Assembly (NCBI GenBank): GCA_002309215.1
Contig: DBXG01000018.1
Coordinates: 1 to 39,348 of the forward strand
Source: Alphaproteobacteria bacterium UBA1218
GTDB lineage: Bacteria; Pseudomonadota; Alphaproteobacteria; Rs-D84
DNA: 39,348 nucleotides
Direction: 5' to 3'
Below, piece by piece: positions 18,898-28,794 of this stretch; within the stretch, counting starts at the first letter, position 1; each line of letters begins with the position of its first letter. The notes under the pieces are model-generated. The model did not search any database. It was not told where the DNA came from and saw only the letters and a list, made by a program, of their open reading frames with translations. A program made the translations under genes and the position numbers.

Positions 18898-19908
18898 ATG
18901 AATGATTTATTAAATAAACTTTTGATTTTGCGAAGCCCCGGTATCGGTCCTGTGAAATATAATAATTTACTGGCCAGGTTTGGTGATGTTGAATCCATAG
19001 TTGATTCGATGCAGTTGTCGTCTGAATTTATCGATGATGTAAAACGTGAAATGGATAAAGCGTATTCTTTGGGCATAGAATATTTAGATGAAAACGATTC
19101 GCGATATCCGCAAAACTTATTGAATATAAAAAATCATCCAATTGTTATAACTGCGCGTGGAAACATAGAAACATTAAACAAGAAAACAGTTGCTATGGTT
19201 GGAACGCGTCATGCAACCGCATCGGGTATGGATTTTATGTCGCAAATGGCATGCAAATTTGCAGAACATAATTTTGCTGTTGTTTCTGGTATGGCGATGG
19301 GAACAGATACTGCTGCACACATCGGCGCTTTGCGTGCAGATGGAAATACACAAACGATTGCGGTTCTGGCGGGTGGTGTTGATTATATATGGCCACTTGA
19401 AAACGAATCATTATATTATGAAATATTGGATCGTGGTGTTGTGATAAGTGAATTGCCTGTGGGTGTAAAACCAATAGCCCAAAATTTTGTTCAGCGAAAT
19501 CATTGGGTTGCAGGAATATCTGATTTTTTAATTTTGGGTGAGGCAGATGAAAAATCAGGTAGTATGACAACAGCACGATTCGCTTTGGATTACAAAAAGC
19601 GCGTATTTGCGGTACCTGGACACCCGTCTGATCCACGTAGCCTTGGTCCAAATTCATTGATAAAAAGTGGCAATGCAACATTATGTATGTCCATAAATGA
19701 TTTCTTTGATGATGAAAAAGTATCTTCAAAGAAAAAAAATAATACATACCAAAATGAGATATTAGATAAATTAGGAATGATTCCCGTATCAGAATCTGTA
19801 TTGGCAAATCTTGTCAAAAAAAGCGTTGCGGAAATCAAGGCTGATTTAGTGGTCTTGGAATTGCAAGGTTTAATAAGAAAACAAGACGGCGGTTATGTTT
19901 TAAATTGA
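18898..19908 (+). CDS. dprA: DNA-processing protein DprA
   Basis: VAMVGTR, VVSGMAMGTDTAAH, TIAVLAGGVD, FVQRNH, SGSMTTA, VFAVPG, C-terminal winged helix LVVLELQG. Confidence 0.96.
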   Translation: MNDLLNKLLILRSPGIGPVKYNNLLARFGDVESIVDSMQLSSEFIDDVKREMDKAYSLGIEYLDENDSRYPQNLLNIKNHPIVITARGNIETLNKKTVAMVGTRHATASGMDFMSQMACKFAEHNFAVVSGMAMGTDTAAHIGALRADGNTQTIAVLAGGVDYIWPLENESLYYEILDRGVVISELPVGVKPIAQNFVQRNHWVAGISDFLILGEADEKSGSMTTARFALDYKKRVFAVPGHPSDPRSLGPNSLIKSGNATLCMSINDFFDDEKVSSKKKNNTYQNEILDKLGMIPVSESVLANLVKKSVAEIKADLVVLELQGLIRKQDGGYVLN

Positions 19909-20214
19909 TTTAATTTGTGTCTATACAGTGTATATACAAAGTGCGAAAATCTGGGGAAAAAACGAATCGTTGTCAAAAAATAAATGTGCAAAAAATAATT
20001 AACATTTGGTTGCAAACAGAAATAAATCTTATAAATTGTTTCGTGTAAAGACAAACGATTGAAACAAATCAATCAGCAAGTGAGAGAAAAGAGTAGGGCA
20101 ATATAAATATTTAATTCTGAAAGGGCTCGGAATTACATGTTTATGTGGGTGGATTTTGCACCCAAAAATGCACAGGCAGGAAACTCTTTTAAGAAAGGAA
20201 AAGGAGCAAACGAC

Positions 20215-21492
20215 ATGCAAGCAGCAACAAAACAAAATGTAAATGTTGAATCAATCAAGGCAGCAATTTCTGCCAACATAGGTTCTGCGGGTTTTACTTC
20301 TTGGATTGCGCCTTTGCATTTTGAATTGTCTGGAAATTGCTTGAATTTGGTTGCTCATAATCAATTTGCTGCGGATTATGTTAAAAATGTTTATGGCGAA
20401 GTTATTTCCAAAATTGTTTCTGAATTTGATTTGGATTTAAATATATGTGTTCGTTCATCTGCAAATGTTGTAAATACTGCGAATGATAATGTTGTGTGTG
20501 CATATACCCCATCAGAATCAGTCGCAGCAAAAACAAATAAAAATGCTTTTAATCGTTTTATTTGTTCTGATGAAAATAATTTTGCATTGATGGCATGCAA
20601 AAAAATTGCGTCTGGAAACGCGTCTTTTTCTCAGTTGTTTATCTATGGCCCCAGCGGTTGTGGTAAATCTTTATTGTTGAATTGTATTTGTGCTGAATCA
20701 GACAATCGTGTTTTGATGATGTCTGGTGGTCAGTTTGTTGCAGATTTTACACGCAGTTTACGTGATAAAACAATATTTGCTTTCAAAGACTATTGCCGTA
20801 ATTGCGATACGTTTATTTTGGACGATGTTTGTGCGCTGGCTGGGAAACGTGCAACAATGGATGAGTTTATGCAATTGATATCAGATTTGCGCAATATGGG
20901 AAAAAATGTTGTGTTGACTGCAAACATGGCGCCAAATGCTTTGACAGGTTTTGACAGACGTGTTCAATCTTTGTTTGCATCTGGTTTGGTTGTTGATGTT
21001 GTTGCGCCAAATGCATATGTGCGTCGTTCTATGTTGTTGAATAGTGGTGTTGATATGGTGGTCGCTGATGAATTGTCAAAACGAATCGCGGCAGACGGTC
21101 ATTTGGTAAATGGTGTTATAAATAAAATTAAAACATATTCTGAATTGATGGGCGAACGTGTTGATATGGATGTGGCTGCACGTTTGTTGGGTGATACATT
21201 GGCAAAAAATAAAACACCAATCGCGATGGTCAAATCTATGTGCGAAAAAATGTGTATATCATACGATGAAATTTGTGGTAATTCACGCGCACGCCGTTTG
21301 GTTCGTGCACGTCAGGTTATGATGGTCGCATTGAAAAGCGCGACAAATTTATCTTTGACAGAAATCGGTAATGTTTGTGGCGGTCGTGATCATGCCACAG
21401 TTGTTTATGCGCTGAGTCAAATCGAATCGCAGAAAACATCTGATTTGATTTTGAATGCAGAATTGGACGACATGATAAAATTATGTAAATAA
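20215..21492 (+). CDS. dnaA: Replication initiator DnaA, divergent in the AAA+ domain (start at MQAATK)
   Basis: Domain I (FTSWIAPL, NQFAADYV), LFIYGPSGCGKS, ILDDV, domain IV RARQVMM..SLTEIG..GGRDHATVVYA; AAGGAG RBS. Confidence 0.9.
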   Translation: MQAATKQNVNVESIKAAISANIGSAGFTSWIAPLHFELSGNCLNLVAHNQFAADYVKNVYGEVISKIVSEFDLDLNICVRSSANVVNTANDNVVCAYTPSESVAAKTNKNAFNRFICSDENNFALMACKKIASGNASFSQLFIYGPSGCGKSLLLNCICAESDNRVLMMSGGQFVADFTRSLRDKTIFAFKDYCRNCDTFILDDVCALAGKRATMDEFMQLISDLRNMGKNVVLTANMAPNALTGFDRRVQSLFASGLVVDVVAPNAYVRRSMLLNSGVDMVVADELSKRIAADGHLVNGVINKIKTYSELMGERVDMDVAARLLGDTLAKNKTPIAMVKSMCEKMCISYDEICGNSRARRLVRARQVMMVALKSATNLSLTEIGNVCGGRDHATVVYALSQIESQKTSDLILNAELDDMIKLCK

Positions 21493-21525
21493 CCAAAATT
21501 GAAAAGTTTGCTTTGTCAGAAAGGG

Positions 21526-21565
21526 AAAAAACTCACTCACCAAAAAAACGGTGGGTGTTTTTTTT
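21526..21565 (+). terminator. Intrinsic terminator after dnaA
   Basis: CACTCACC-8 nt-GGTGGGTG followed by T8. Confidence 0.8.
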
Positions 21566-21624
21566 GCTTGGTTAAATATAAAAAATGTGATAAAATTGCC
21601 TTTAATAAAAGGGAGTGGAAAGGT

Positions 21625-22551
21625 ATGAAAAAATTATCTTTTTTATTGTTGGCTTTGTTGACATGTCCGTCATACGCAACAATATATGATTTAGACACTG
21701 CGATGAACAATGTTCGTAATGCATGTAGTGGAATAAATTCCAAGATGGATCATCTGAAATTGATGGCGGGGATAAACACTGGTATCGGTGCGGTTGGAAC
21801 TGTGACTGGTGCGGTGGCACTTGGAACCGGTATTGCCAAGGCACAAAAAGATAAAGAAATTGAAGATTTGATGGTGCAAATTGCTAAAAAGTTAAAGGGT
21901 GCCAAAGAATCTTCTGAACAAGACAAGGCTGATTTAATCGCTGATTTCAGCAAAAATTGGGCAGAGTGGTCAAAAGAAAATTCAGAGGAAGCACAAAAAA
22001 TCAATAAATTAACTGAAGAGTCCAAAACTCTTGGTAATGTTCGTACAGGAATGTTGGCAGCGAATACAGCAACCAGTATTGCTGGCGCTGTGATATCCAG
22101 CCAAAACAAAGCGAACGGCAGTATCAAAGAGGCGATTGAAAACTGTATCTCTGCCACAGATGATTTGCGTGAAAGTATGATGCAAGCACGTCTTGATGGA
22201 CATGATACAACAGATGCGAAACGCATAGTTGATGCGTGCACAGAATATAAATTTGCGGATTTATCAAAGATAAATAAATTGGCAACAGGATCGACAGTGA
22301 CTTCCAGTATAGGTGCAGTCGCTGGCGGAATTGGAACAATAACCAGTGCGGTGGCAAATACAGATAAGACACGTAACGACAATAGTAAGGCAGGGCAAGA
22401 TAAAGAAAAAAATTTGAATACAGCATCGAACGTATTGTCAGGTGTGACGACAGCGACATCAGCGGTATCGACAGTATTAAACGGTGTTCAGATAGCAACA
22501 ATAAAGAAAGTGGTATCAATATCTGAAAGATGTGAAGAGGAGTTACAATAA
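21625..22551 (+). CDS. Hypothetical secreted helical protein with four Gly/Ala/Thr-rich hydrophobic segments (start at MKKLSF)
   Basis: Signal peptide ending SYA, internal two-fold repeat, four Cys in the mature chain. Confidence 0.82.
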   Translation: MKKLSFLLLALLTCPSYATIYDLDTAMNNVRNACSGINSKMDHLKLMAGINTGIGAVGTVTGAVALGTGIAKAQKDKEIEDLMVQIAKKLKGAKESSEQDKADLIADFSKNWAEWSKENSEEAQKINKLTEESKTLGNVRTGMLAANTATSIAGAVISSQNKANGSIKEAIENCISATDDLRESMMQARLDGHDTTDAKRIVDACTEYKFADLSKINKLATGSTVTSSIGAVAGGIGTITSAVANTDKTRNDNSKAGQDKEKNLNTASNVLSGVTTATSAVSTVLNGVQIATIKKVVSISERCEEELQ

Positions 22552-24671
22552 TGAAAAAGATTTCAAGATTATTCCCTTTGATTTTGTGTACAGTTTCTGT
22601 GCATGCAGCGCCACAATGGTCGTGTCCTAGATGTACAGTGGATCAGATAAAACCTATATTTGAGAAGTATGCCACAGGTGATGCGCTTATAAAAATGCTG
22701 AACACATTTGATAGAAATTTAAATAACGGTATTTTGAATGCGCGTGGTTTTGCCAGAACTTGTCATGCGGCGGGTCTTAAAGGTAGTGTAGGGACAGAGG
22801 GTTATAAAAAGTGTGAGTCATTTGTGCTGGAAATGGCGAATTTAGCTACGCCATTGAAAACTAAAGCGGGCACGTCTTCGGCAAAGATGTCTGAATGTGA
22901 AGCAAGCGTCAGGGCCGACCTTATTGACAAGGAAACTGGTGCAGTCAGTGCAGGTAGCATAGTAGATGCTCTGAAAAAGAATTGTGGGTTTGATGATACC
23001 GATTCTTATTTGTTCAAGGGTGTGAGAGTATCTGGTGGCCAGGCTATGTCTTTGGCTGGATTGTTGGGACGCAAACAATGCAGGGTAGATCAATTACATG
23101 GTATTTTGGTTTGTGAAGATAAGTATGCTTATATATTTGATGGGTTGGATAATAATGACAAATTGACAACTGAACGCGCAAACAATATCGCAAAAGGCGT
23201 TTGTGCTGTTGATGTAAAAACATCGGCTAACAACAGGGATATGATGTCTTTTGATGACAGTATAAAGGGTTGCCCAACTCCGCAAGTTGTTGCAAATTGT
23301 CAAGAATTCCAGAAACAATTACAAAGAATTAATCCTTCGTTAGTTGCTAAAGAACAAAAAGAGTATTCACAGAATTATTGTGTGGTAAGTGTTAAGAAGC
23401 AACAAGCAAAAAGTGTGACACAGATTGATTTTGAAGATGGTGTGGAAATTGTTGCAAATTGTAAACCAAAGGAAATAAATACAAATGTTTTTGCCGGTTC
23501 CAGTGTAACACCAATGCAGGCGATTGCGATGGCAAATAGATATTTGTTGAAACAATGCCATAAATATCAATGTGGTGAATGGCCAGAGGGAAATGGTGTA
23601 AAATGTGGTGCCCATGAATTCCGGTTTAGCAGTATTAACAACTCGAATCAAGGGAAAGTGTCGAATCACAGTATATCAAAAGTATTTTGTGAAATATATG
23701 GCGGTTCTTACACTAGTATGACTGATGATTATGGTTTATGTGGCGTGTCTTCATCTGTGTGTTCTGGGGGCTTGAGGGCTGATGTTCAAGGGATAGTCAA
23801 TAATTCAATAGCAGTTAATTATGAGGCGGGGCAATGTGTGTTAAGTTGGGGGCCAAGACCAAATTGGGCAAACGTTGATCAGTCATTTGGGGATGGTGAT
23901 GTCTTTGATCCAGATTCTTGGATGTCTAAACCAGATGATGAAAATAATATGCAATCTGTGATGGAAATTCAAGAGCCGAAGAATGGCAGATTGGCAGACC
24001 AGGTACCAGTAAAGAAACCTGCGCAGACACCTGCAAAAGTAGAAGCTCCAAAACCTGCTGAGACCGCACCAAAGGCTGAAGACAAAAAGCTAGATGTAAA
24101 TAAGGGGGCAACGCAGAAGGAAGCTTTTAAACCTGCAGGCAATACTTCTGGCAGCACAAAAGCAGAACTAGCGAAAAAGATTGAAAAAATCGTTGTTGGT
24201 TTGTTACCAAATGATAACTGGTGTGAGAATGCTGGTGAGTCTTGTGGATTTCAAGCAAACTTTGTAAATACAACAGAAGGTCAGAGTGCAGTTGGGCGAC
24301 TGAAACAAGATTTGAGTGGCGTTGGCTGTAGATTGAGTACGGAGCAAAATGGATGCGAAAAAGAACAAAATAAAGAATGTTGGGTGCTTGCGTGGCAGTG
24401 TCCAGACAATATGAAAGTTTCTGGTACGGTTTATATGCGGAAAAACGATCAACCAGTACAAAAAACAGAAAAGGTTAGACTGACAAATGATCCATGTGAT
24501 GGCCTTGATGAAAGCACTATGCAAACGTTATGTGACAAATATAATAACACACTGAAACAGGTGCCTATGCAAAGGGGGACTACTTATAGTTTAGAGAGTA
24601 GTGCGTATGGGAAATGTTATAAAAAATATGGGTATGAGCTTGATTTAGCTGGGTGTAGAAAAAAGAAGTGA
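22551..24671 (+). CDS. Hypothetical secreted Cys-rich protein with duplicated domain and Pro/Ala/Lys linker
   Basis: 706-aa ORF coupled by TAATG to the upstream gene, signal peptide ending VHA, many Cys, PVKKPAQTPAKVEAPKPAETAPK linker. Confidence 0.82.
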   Translation: MKKISRLFPLILCTVSVHAAPQWSCPRCTVDQIKPIFEKYATGDALIKMLNTFDRNLNNGILNARGFARTCHAAGLKGSVGTEGYKKCESFVLEMANLATPLKTKAGTSSAKMSECEASVRADLIDKETGAVSAGSIVDALKKNCGFDDTDSYLFKGVRVSGGQAMSLAGLLGRKQCRVDQLHGILVCEDKYAYIFDGLDNNDKLTTERANNIAKGVCAVDVKTSANNRDMMSFDDSIKGCPTPQVVANCQEFQKQLQRINPSLVAKEQKEYSQNYCVVSVKKQQAKSVTQIDFEDGVEIVANCKPKEINTNVFAGSSVTPMQAIAMANRYLLKQCHKYQCGEWPEGNGVKCGAHEFRFSSINNSNQGKVSNHSISKVFCEIYGGSYTSMTDDYGLCGVSSSVCSGGLRADVQGIVNNSIAVNYEAGQCVLSWGPRPNWANVDQSFGDGDVFDPDSWMSKPDDENNMQSVMEIQEPKNGRLADQVPVKKPAQTPAKVEAPKPAETAPKAEDKKLDVNKGATQKEAFKPAGNTSGSTKAELAKKIEKIVVGLLPNDNWCENAGESCGFQANFVNTTEGQSAVGRLKQDLSGVGCRLSTEQNGCEKEQNKECWVLAWQCPDNMKVSGTVYMRKNDQPVQKTEKVRLTNDPCDGLDESTMQTLCDKYNNTLKQVPMQRGTTYSLESSAYGKCYKKYGYELDLAGCRKKK

Positions 24672-24684
24672 TTATACATTATAT

Positions 24685-24718
24685 AAAAACAAACCGCCCA
24701 AACGGGCGGTTGTTTTTT
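24685..24718. terminator. Bidirectional terminator
   Basis: AACCGCCC-aaac-GGGCGGTT flanked by A and T tracts between convergent genes. Confidence 0.85.
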
Positions 24719-24731
24719 ATTGTGTTAATTA

Positions 24732-25415
24732 TTAATGACCATTGACATACAATATGCTTTGAACCATAGCAACTTTTTTGTTGTTTGCTTTGTCCAAAGA
24801 TGCTTCTTTGCCTGCTTCGAATATCGGCATCAATGCATCAGGTTCATGATCACCATGGCAACCACACATCACATCTTGACCAAAGTTCTGTGCGCGACAA
24901 AAACGACGGTCTGGTGCACAATGTTCGCGTTTGAATCTGAAATCTTCTATGTAACCGCTTTCAGCTTCGCATACTACATATGATTCGCCATTGTGAACTA
25001 AACGTCTTTCACCGTTTTTAGTTTCTGTATCGTAAACGAATTTTGCTTCGTATGAACTGCCTTCGCACAACGAGTCAAAATATGCTTTATCAAGTTTAGC
25101 AACAGTTTGTGCAAGTTGTTTAGATTTTGCAGGAGTCAAATTTTTCGCATCTTTGATATATCTATCGATATAACCTTCGTATCTTTGATACAAATATGGA
25201 CTCTTTTGGAATTGGTTTTCCAATTCTAAGTCTTGAATCGCCTGTGGAACCAATTTGTCTTCGTTGTTTTTTGCCATCAATTTTTTAACTTCTGGAAATA
25301 CATCCAATGTTAATGCGACAAAAGCAACGACCAAAGCGATGTTTTTAAGAGTGTTGACTGTTTTTTCTTTCATATCTTTTTCCTTTTTGTTTGTTTTTTT
25401 TGTTACCCGGAACAT
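24732..25415 (-). CDS. Hypothetical protein with N-terminal anchor and Cys-containing C-terminal half (alternative start 25373)
   Basis: 227-aa ORF with IALVVAFVALTL segment, six Cys, own promoter and RBS. Confidence 0.72.
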   Translation of the reverse strand: MFRVTKKTNKKEKDMKEKTVNTLKNIALVVAFVALTLDVFPEVKKLMAKNNEDKLVPQAIQDLELENQFQKSPYLYQRYEGYIDRYIKDAKNLTPAKSKQLAQTVAKLDKAYFDSLCEGSSYEAKFVYDTETKNGERRLVHNGESYVVCEAESGYIEDFRFKREHCAPDRRFCRAQNFGQDVMCGCHGDHEPDALMPIFEAGKEASLDKANNKKVAMVQSILYVNGH

Positions 25416-25436
25416 TTTATTCCTTCGTCAGGAGTA

Positions 25437-25464
25437 AATATAGCACAGAAAATACAATTGTCAA
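25437..25464 (-). promoter_or_regulatory. Probable sigma70 promoter of the 24732-25415 gene
   Basis: Minus strand TTGACA-16 bp-TATATT with extended TG. Confidence 0.65.
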
Positions 25465-25493
25465 GTGTTAGGTTGGTTTTTTTTTATTGTATC

Positions 25494-26633
25494 TTAAAAC
25501 CAGCCTTTTTTATCTGATTTGATTCCAGCGAATTCGTTTAAGGCTTTCTTTTGCTTTTCTGTCAATTTCTTTGGAATCACAATCCCGATTTCTATGTACA
25601 AATCACCAAAGCCGCCGCGACCATTTGGCATACCGTGTGAACGGATTCTTAATCTTTCGCCAACCTGGGTTCCAGATGGTATTTTCACCGATAATTTTTT
25701 ATCGTCTATGGTTTCAATTTCTATTTCACCACCCATTGCCAATGTTGGAAAGTCTATATCCATATGCATTAACAAATCGTCACCCACGCGTTCAAATTTT
25801 TTATCTGGCTTGATACGTATATCCAAATAGAAATCGCCAGCGCGGCCACCGTTCGGGCCCGCTTCGCCCATGCCAGCCATACGTAATCTGGCACCATCTT
25901 GGATACCTGCGGGGATTTTTACATCCAATGTTCTTTGTTTGTTGACTGTTCCAGTTCCACCGCATGCAGTGCATTTTTTATCAATCTTGCGACCCAATCC
26001 ATTGCAGTCTGGACATGGTGTTTCAACCGCGAAAAAGCCCTGACGTGCGTGGACATAACCGCTGCCACCACAGGTTGAACATTTTGGGGCAGGTTTGCCG
26101 TCTGCAGTGCCGTTGCCGTCGCATTTTTCACATTTAACAGCGCTTGAAAATTTTACTGTGTGCGTTGTGCCGAAAAAGGCATCTTTCAGAGATATTACGA
26201 CTTCATCTAACAAATCGCGTCCGCTGGGTTGTTTTGTCGCGCCACGACCAGATTCACCAAAGCCACCACCAAAACCAAAACCGCGCATGGCCTCACGTAA
26301 AATGTCTTCCATTCCGCCCATGCCTTCGCCACCACCCATATTAAAGTGAAATGCGCCATTGCCAAACGGATTGCCACCAAAACCGTTGCCTGCGCTGGCA
26401 CCATTGCCACCTGCAAACGCAGCATCGCCAAATCTGTCGTATGCAGCGCGTTTTTGTGGGTCTTTCAATATATCAAAAGCGTTGTTGACTTCCTTGAACT
26501 TTTCTTCGGCAGATTTGTCGCCTGGGTTTTTATCGGGGTGATATTTCATAACCAATTTGTGATAGGCTTTTTTTATGTCTGCATCACTGGCATCTTTGGC
26601 GACGCCCAATACTTCATATGGATTTTTGTTCAT
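25494..26633 (-). CDS. dnaJ: Chaperone DnaJ
   Basis: J domain with HPD, G/F-rich region, four CxxCxGxG repeats, C-terminal KIPAG and GDLY motifs. Confidence 0.97.
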   Translation of the reverse strand: MNKNPYEVLGVAKDASDADIKKAYHKLVMKYHPDKNPGDKSAEEKFKEVNNAFDILKDPQKRAAYDRFGDAAFAGGNGASAGNGFGGNPFGNGAFHFNMGGGEGMGGMEDILREAMRGFGFGGGFGESGRGATKQPSGRDLLDEVVISLKDAFFGTTHTVKFSSAVKCEKCDGNGTADGKPAPKCSTCGGSGYVHARQGFFAVETPCPDCNGLGRKIDKKCTACGGTGTVNKQRTLDVKIPAGIQDGARLRMAGMGEAGPNGGRAGDFYLDIRIKPDKKFERVGDDLLMHMDIDFPTLAMGGEIEIETIDDKKLSVKIPSGTQVGERLRIRSHGMPNGRGGFGDLYIEIGIVIPKKLTEKQKKALNEFAGIKSDKKGWF

Positions 26634-26772
26634 TTTGGTACCTGTTTAATTCTTTTTGTATGAAATATATAGGTTATTTATAATAAAAATCAAGTGTATT
26701 GGTGTACTATTTTTGCTGTTTTTTATCGCTTGCACCAATGTTAAAAATGTTCTAATAATATTATGATAAAAA

Positions 26773-28749
26773 ATGGGAAAAGTGATGAATAAATACGATG
26801 CATCAGATATTCAAGTTCTGGAAGGGTTAGAGCCTGTACGTCTGCGCCCTGGTATGTATATTGGTGGTACAGATGAAAAGGCCTGGCACCATTTGCCAGT
26901 TGAAATTATGGATAATTCTATTGACGAAGCAGTTGCTGGCTTTGCCAAGAAAATCGTTGTCAATTTAATAGATTCCAAGACCATAGAAATCACAGATGAT
27001 GGTCGTGGAATCCCGGTTGATGAACATCCAAAATATCCGGGTAAGTCTGCGTTAGAGGTTATTTTAACAACTTTGCATTCAGGTGGAAAGTTTAACAATA
27101 ATGTGTACAAGACCAGTGGTGGTTTGCATGGTGTAGGCAGTGCTGTGGTTAATGCGCTGTCGTCTGAAATGATTGTGACGATTTCCAGGGATGGTTATGA
27201 ATGGCATCAGACTTTTTCGCGTGGAAAAACTACGTCGCCAATTCAGCGCGGTAATGCGACCAAGGCACATGGAACAAAAATCAGATTTACATTGGATGAT
27301 GACATATTTGGCGAATCTGCTGTGTTCAAGCCGATTAAGATTTACCGTATGGCGCGCGCTAAATCATTTTTATCACGCGGGGTCAAAATTGAATGGCATT
27401 GTAATCCAGCGCTTTTGACCGAAGATATGAATATACCTGCGGATAAAGAATTTTATTATCCAAATGGGGTTGCAGATTTTGTTGCAGAAAAAACAGATTC
27501 TAAACCGCGTATTTTGCCAAAGATTTTTAGTGGTTCGGTCGATTTTCCTGATGACTGTGGTCGTGTGGAATGGGCTTTGACTGTATTGACTGATGAAAAT
27601 GGTGCCGCGTCTGACGATGGATTTTTTGCTTCATATTGCAATACAATTGCAACTGTGGATGGTGGCACGCATGAGGCTGGGTTTAAGGCGGCGATTACCA
27701 AGGGCTTGAAAGCATACGGTGAAAAAGTAAATAACAAGGCTGCGGCTACAATAATTGGCGAAGATGTTTTTGATTCTGTGGCGGCGATTGTTTCTGTGTT
27801 CTATAAAACACCGCAATTTTTAGGTCAGACCAAAGAAAAACTTTCCAATCCAGAAATTGCACGTTATACAGAAAATGCTTTGCGCGACCCTTGGGAAATG
27901 TTTTTGGCGTCTGATCCAAAAACCGCAAATGCATTATTAGATTTTGTTATAAATTTGGCAAATGCGCGTATTAAAACAAAGCAAGTCAAAGATGTTGCGC
28001 GTAAAACCCCGACCAAACGAATTCGTATGCCGTCTAAATTGGCAGATTGTTCTAAACATGGTGTAGAGGGAACCGAGCTGTTTATTGTAGAGGGGGAATC
28101 TGCAGGCGGAACCGCAAAACAGGCACGCGATAGGGCGACCCAGGCGATTATGCCTTTGCGTGGTAAAGTTTTAAATGTATTGTCTAATTCTGATGAAAGA
28201 TTTAGTGCCAACAAAGAATTAAATGACTTGATTGATATTATTGGTGCAGGAACTGCGAAAGATTGGGACGATTCGAAGTTAAGATATGAAAAAATAATTA
28301 TAATGACTGATGCTGATGTTGACGGTAGTCACATTGCGTCGTTATTAATGGCATTTTTCTATCAATATATGCCCCAGTTGATTTATGATGGACATTTGTA
28401 TTTATCTTGTCCACCTTTGTATAAATTGACTTGTGGAACCGAATCGATTTATGTTGATTCTGATGAAGAATTGGAAGAATTAAAGAACGGCAAATATAAA
28501 AATAAACGTGTTGAAATATCGCGATTCAAAGGGCTTGGCGAAATGATGCCAAATCAGTTGAAAGAAACAACTATGTCGCCAAAAACACGTCGCTTGATTC
28601 GTGTTGATTTACCACCAAAGACCGAAGAAGGTTTGGAAGATACCGAAAAAACAAAAACTTTGGTTTATGATTTAATGGGCAAAAAACCAGAATTTCGATT
28701 TAAGTTTATTACTGAACACGCCCAGTTTGTAAAAGATTTGTTTGTATAA
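26773..28749 (+). CDS. parE: DNA topoisomerase IV subunit B (alternative start 26785)
   Basis: LEGLEPVRLRPGMYIG, DDGRGIPV, SGGLHGVG, VEGESAGG, PLRGK, MTDADVDG, RFKGLGEM; EPVR, DEA and LMGKKPE..F match ParE better than GyrB. Confidence 0.9.
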   Translation: MGKVMNKYDASDIQVLEGLEPVRLRPGMYIGGTDEKAWHHLPVEIMDNSIDEAVAGFAKKIVVNLIDSKTIEITDDGRGIPVDEHPKYPGKSALEVILTTLHSGGKFNNNVYKTSGGLHGVGSAVVNALSSEMIVTISRDGYEWHQTFSRGKTTSPIQRGNATKAHGTKIRFTLDDDIFGESAVFKPIKIYRMARAKSFLSRGVKIEWHCNPALLTEDMNIPADKEFYYPNGVADFVAEKTDSKPRILPKIFSGSVDFPDDCGRVEWALTVLTDENGAASDDGFFASYCNTIATVDGGTHEAGFKAAITKGLKAYGEKVNNKAAATIIGEDVFDSVAAIVSVFYKTPQFLGQTKEKLSNPEIARYTENALRDPWEMFLASDPKTANALLDFVINLANARIKTKQVKDVARKTPTKRIRMPSKLADCSKHGVEGTELFIVEGESAGGTAKQARDRATQAIMPLRGKVLNVLSNSDERFSANKELNDLIDIIGAGTAKDWDDSKLRYEKIIIMTDADVDGSHIASLLMAFFYQYMPQLIYDGHLYLSCPPLYKLTCGTESIYVDSDEELEELKNGKYKNKRVEISRFKGLGEMMPNQLKETTMSPKTRRLIRVDLPPKTEEGLEDTEKTKTLVYDLMGKKPEFRFKFITEHAQFVKDLFV

Positions 28750-28756
28750 TGAATTT

Positions 28757-28792
28757 TATAAACAAAAGAAAATCCGCTGTATAGCGGATTTT
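28757..28792. repeat. 36-bp direct repeat, copy 1 (contains bidirectional terminator)
   Basis: TATAAACAAAAGAAAATCCGCTGTATAGCGGATTTT, identical to 29497-29532; hairpin AAAATCCGCT-gtat-AGCGGATTTT. Confidence 0.95.
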
Positions 28793-28794
28793 CT

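Noticed and set aside
19235-19807. 190-aa minus-strand ORF
   Set aside because: Lies wholly inside dprA on the opposite strand, with no motif support
21750-22382. 210-aa minus-strand ORF
   Set aside because: Mirror frame of the secreted 21625 gene, which has the RBS, signal peptide and coupling to the next gene
26773-28749. gyrB call, suggested by dnaA and dnaN nearby
   Set aside because: EPVR and DEA motifs, the C-terminal LMGKKPE and the lack of the long proteobacterial GyrB insertion favour ParE
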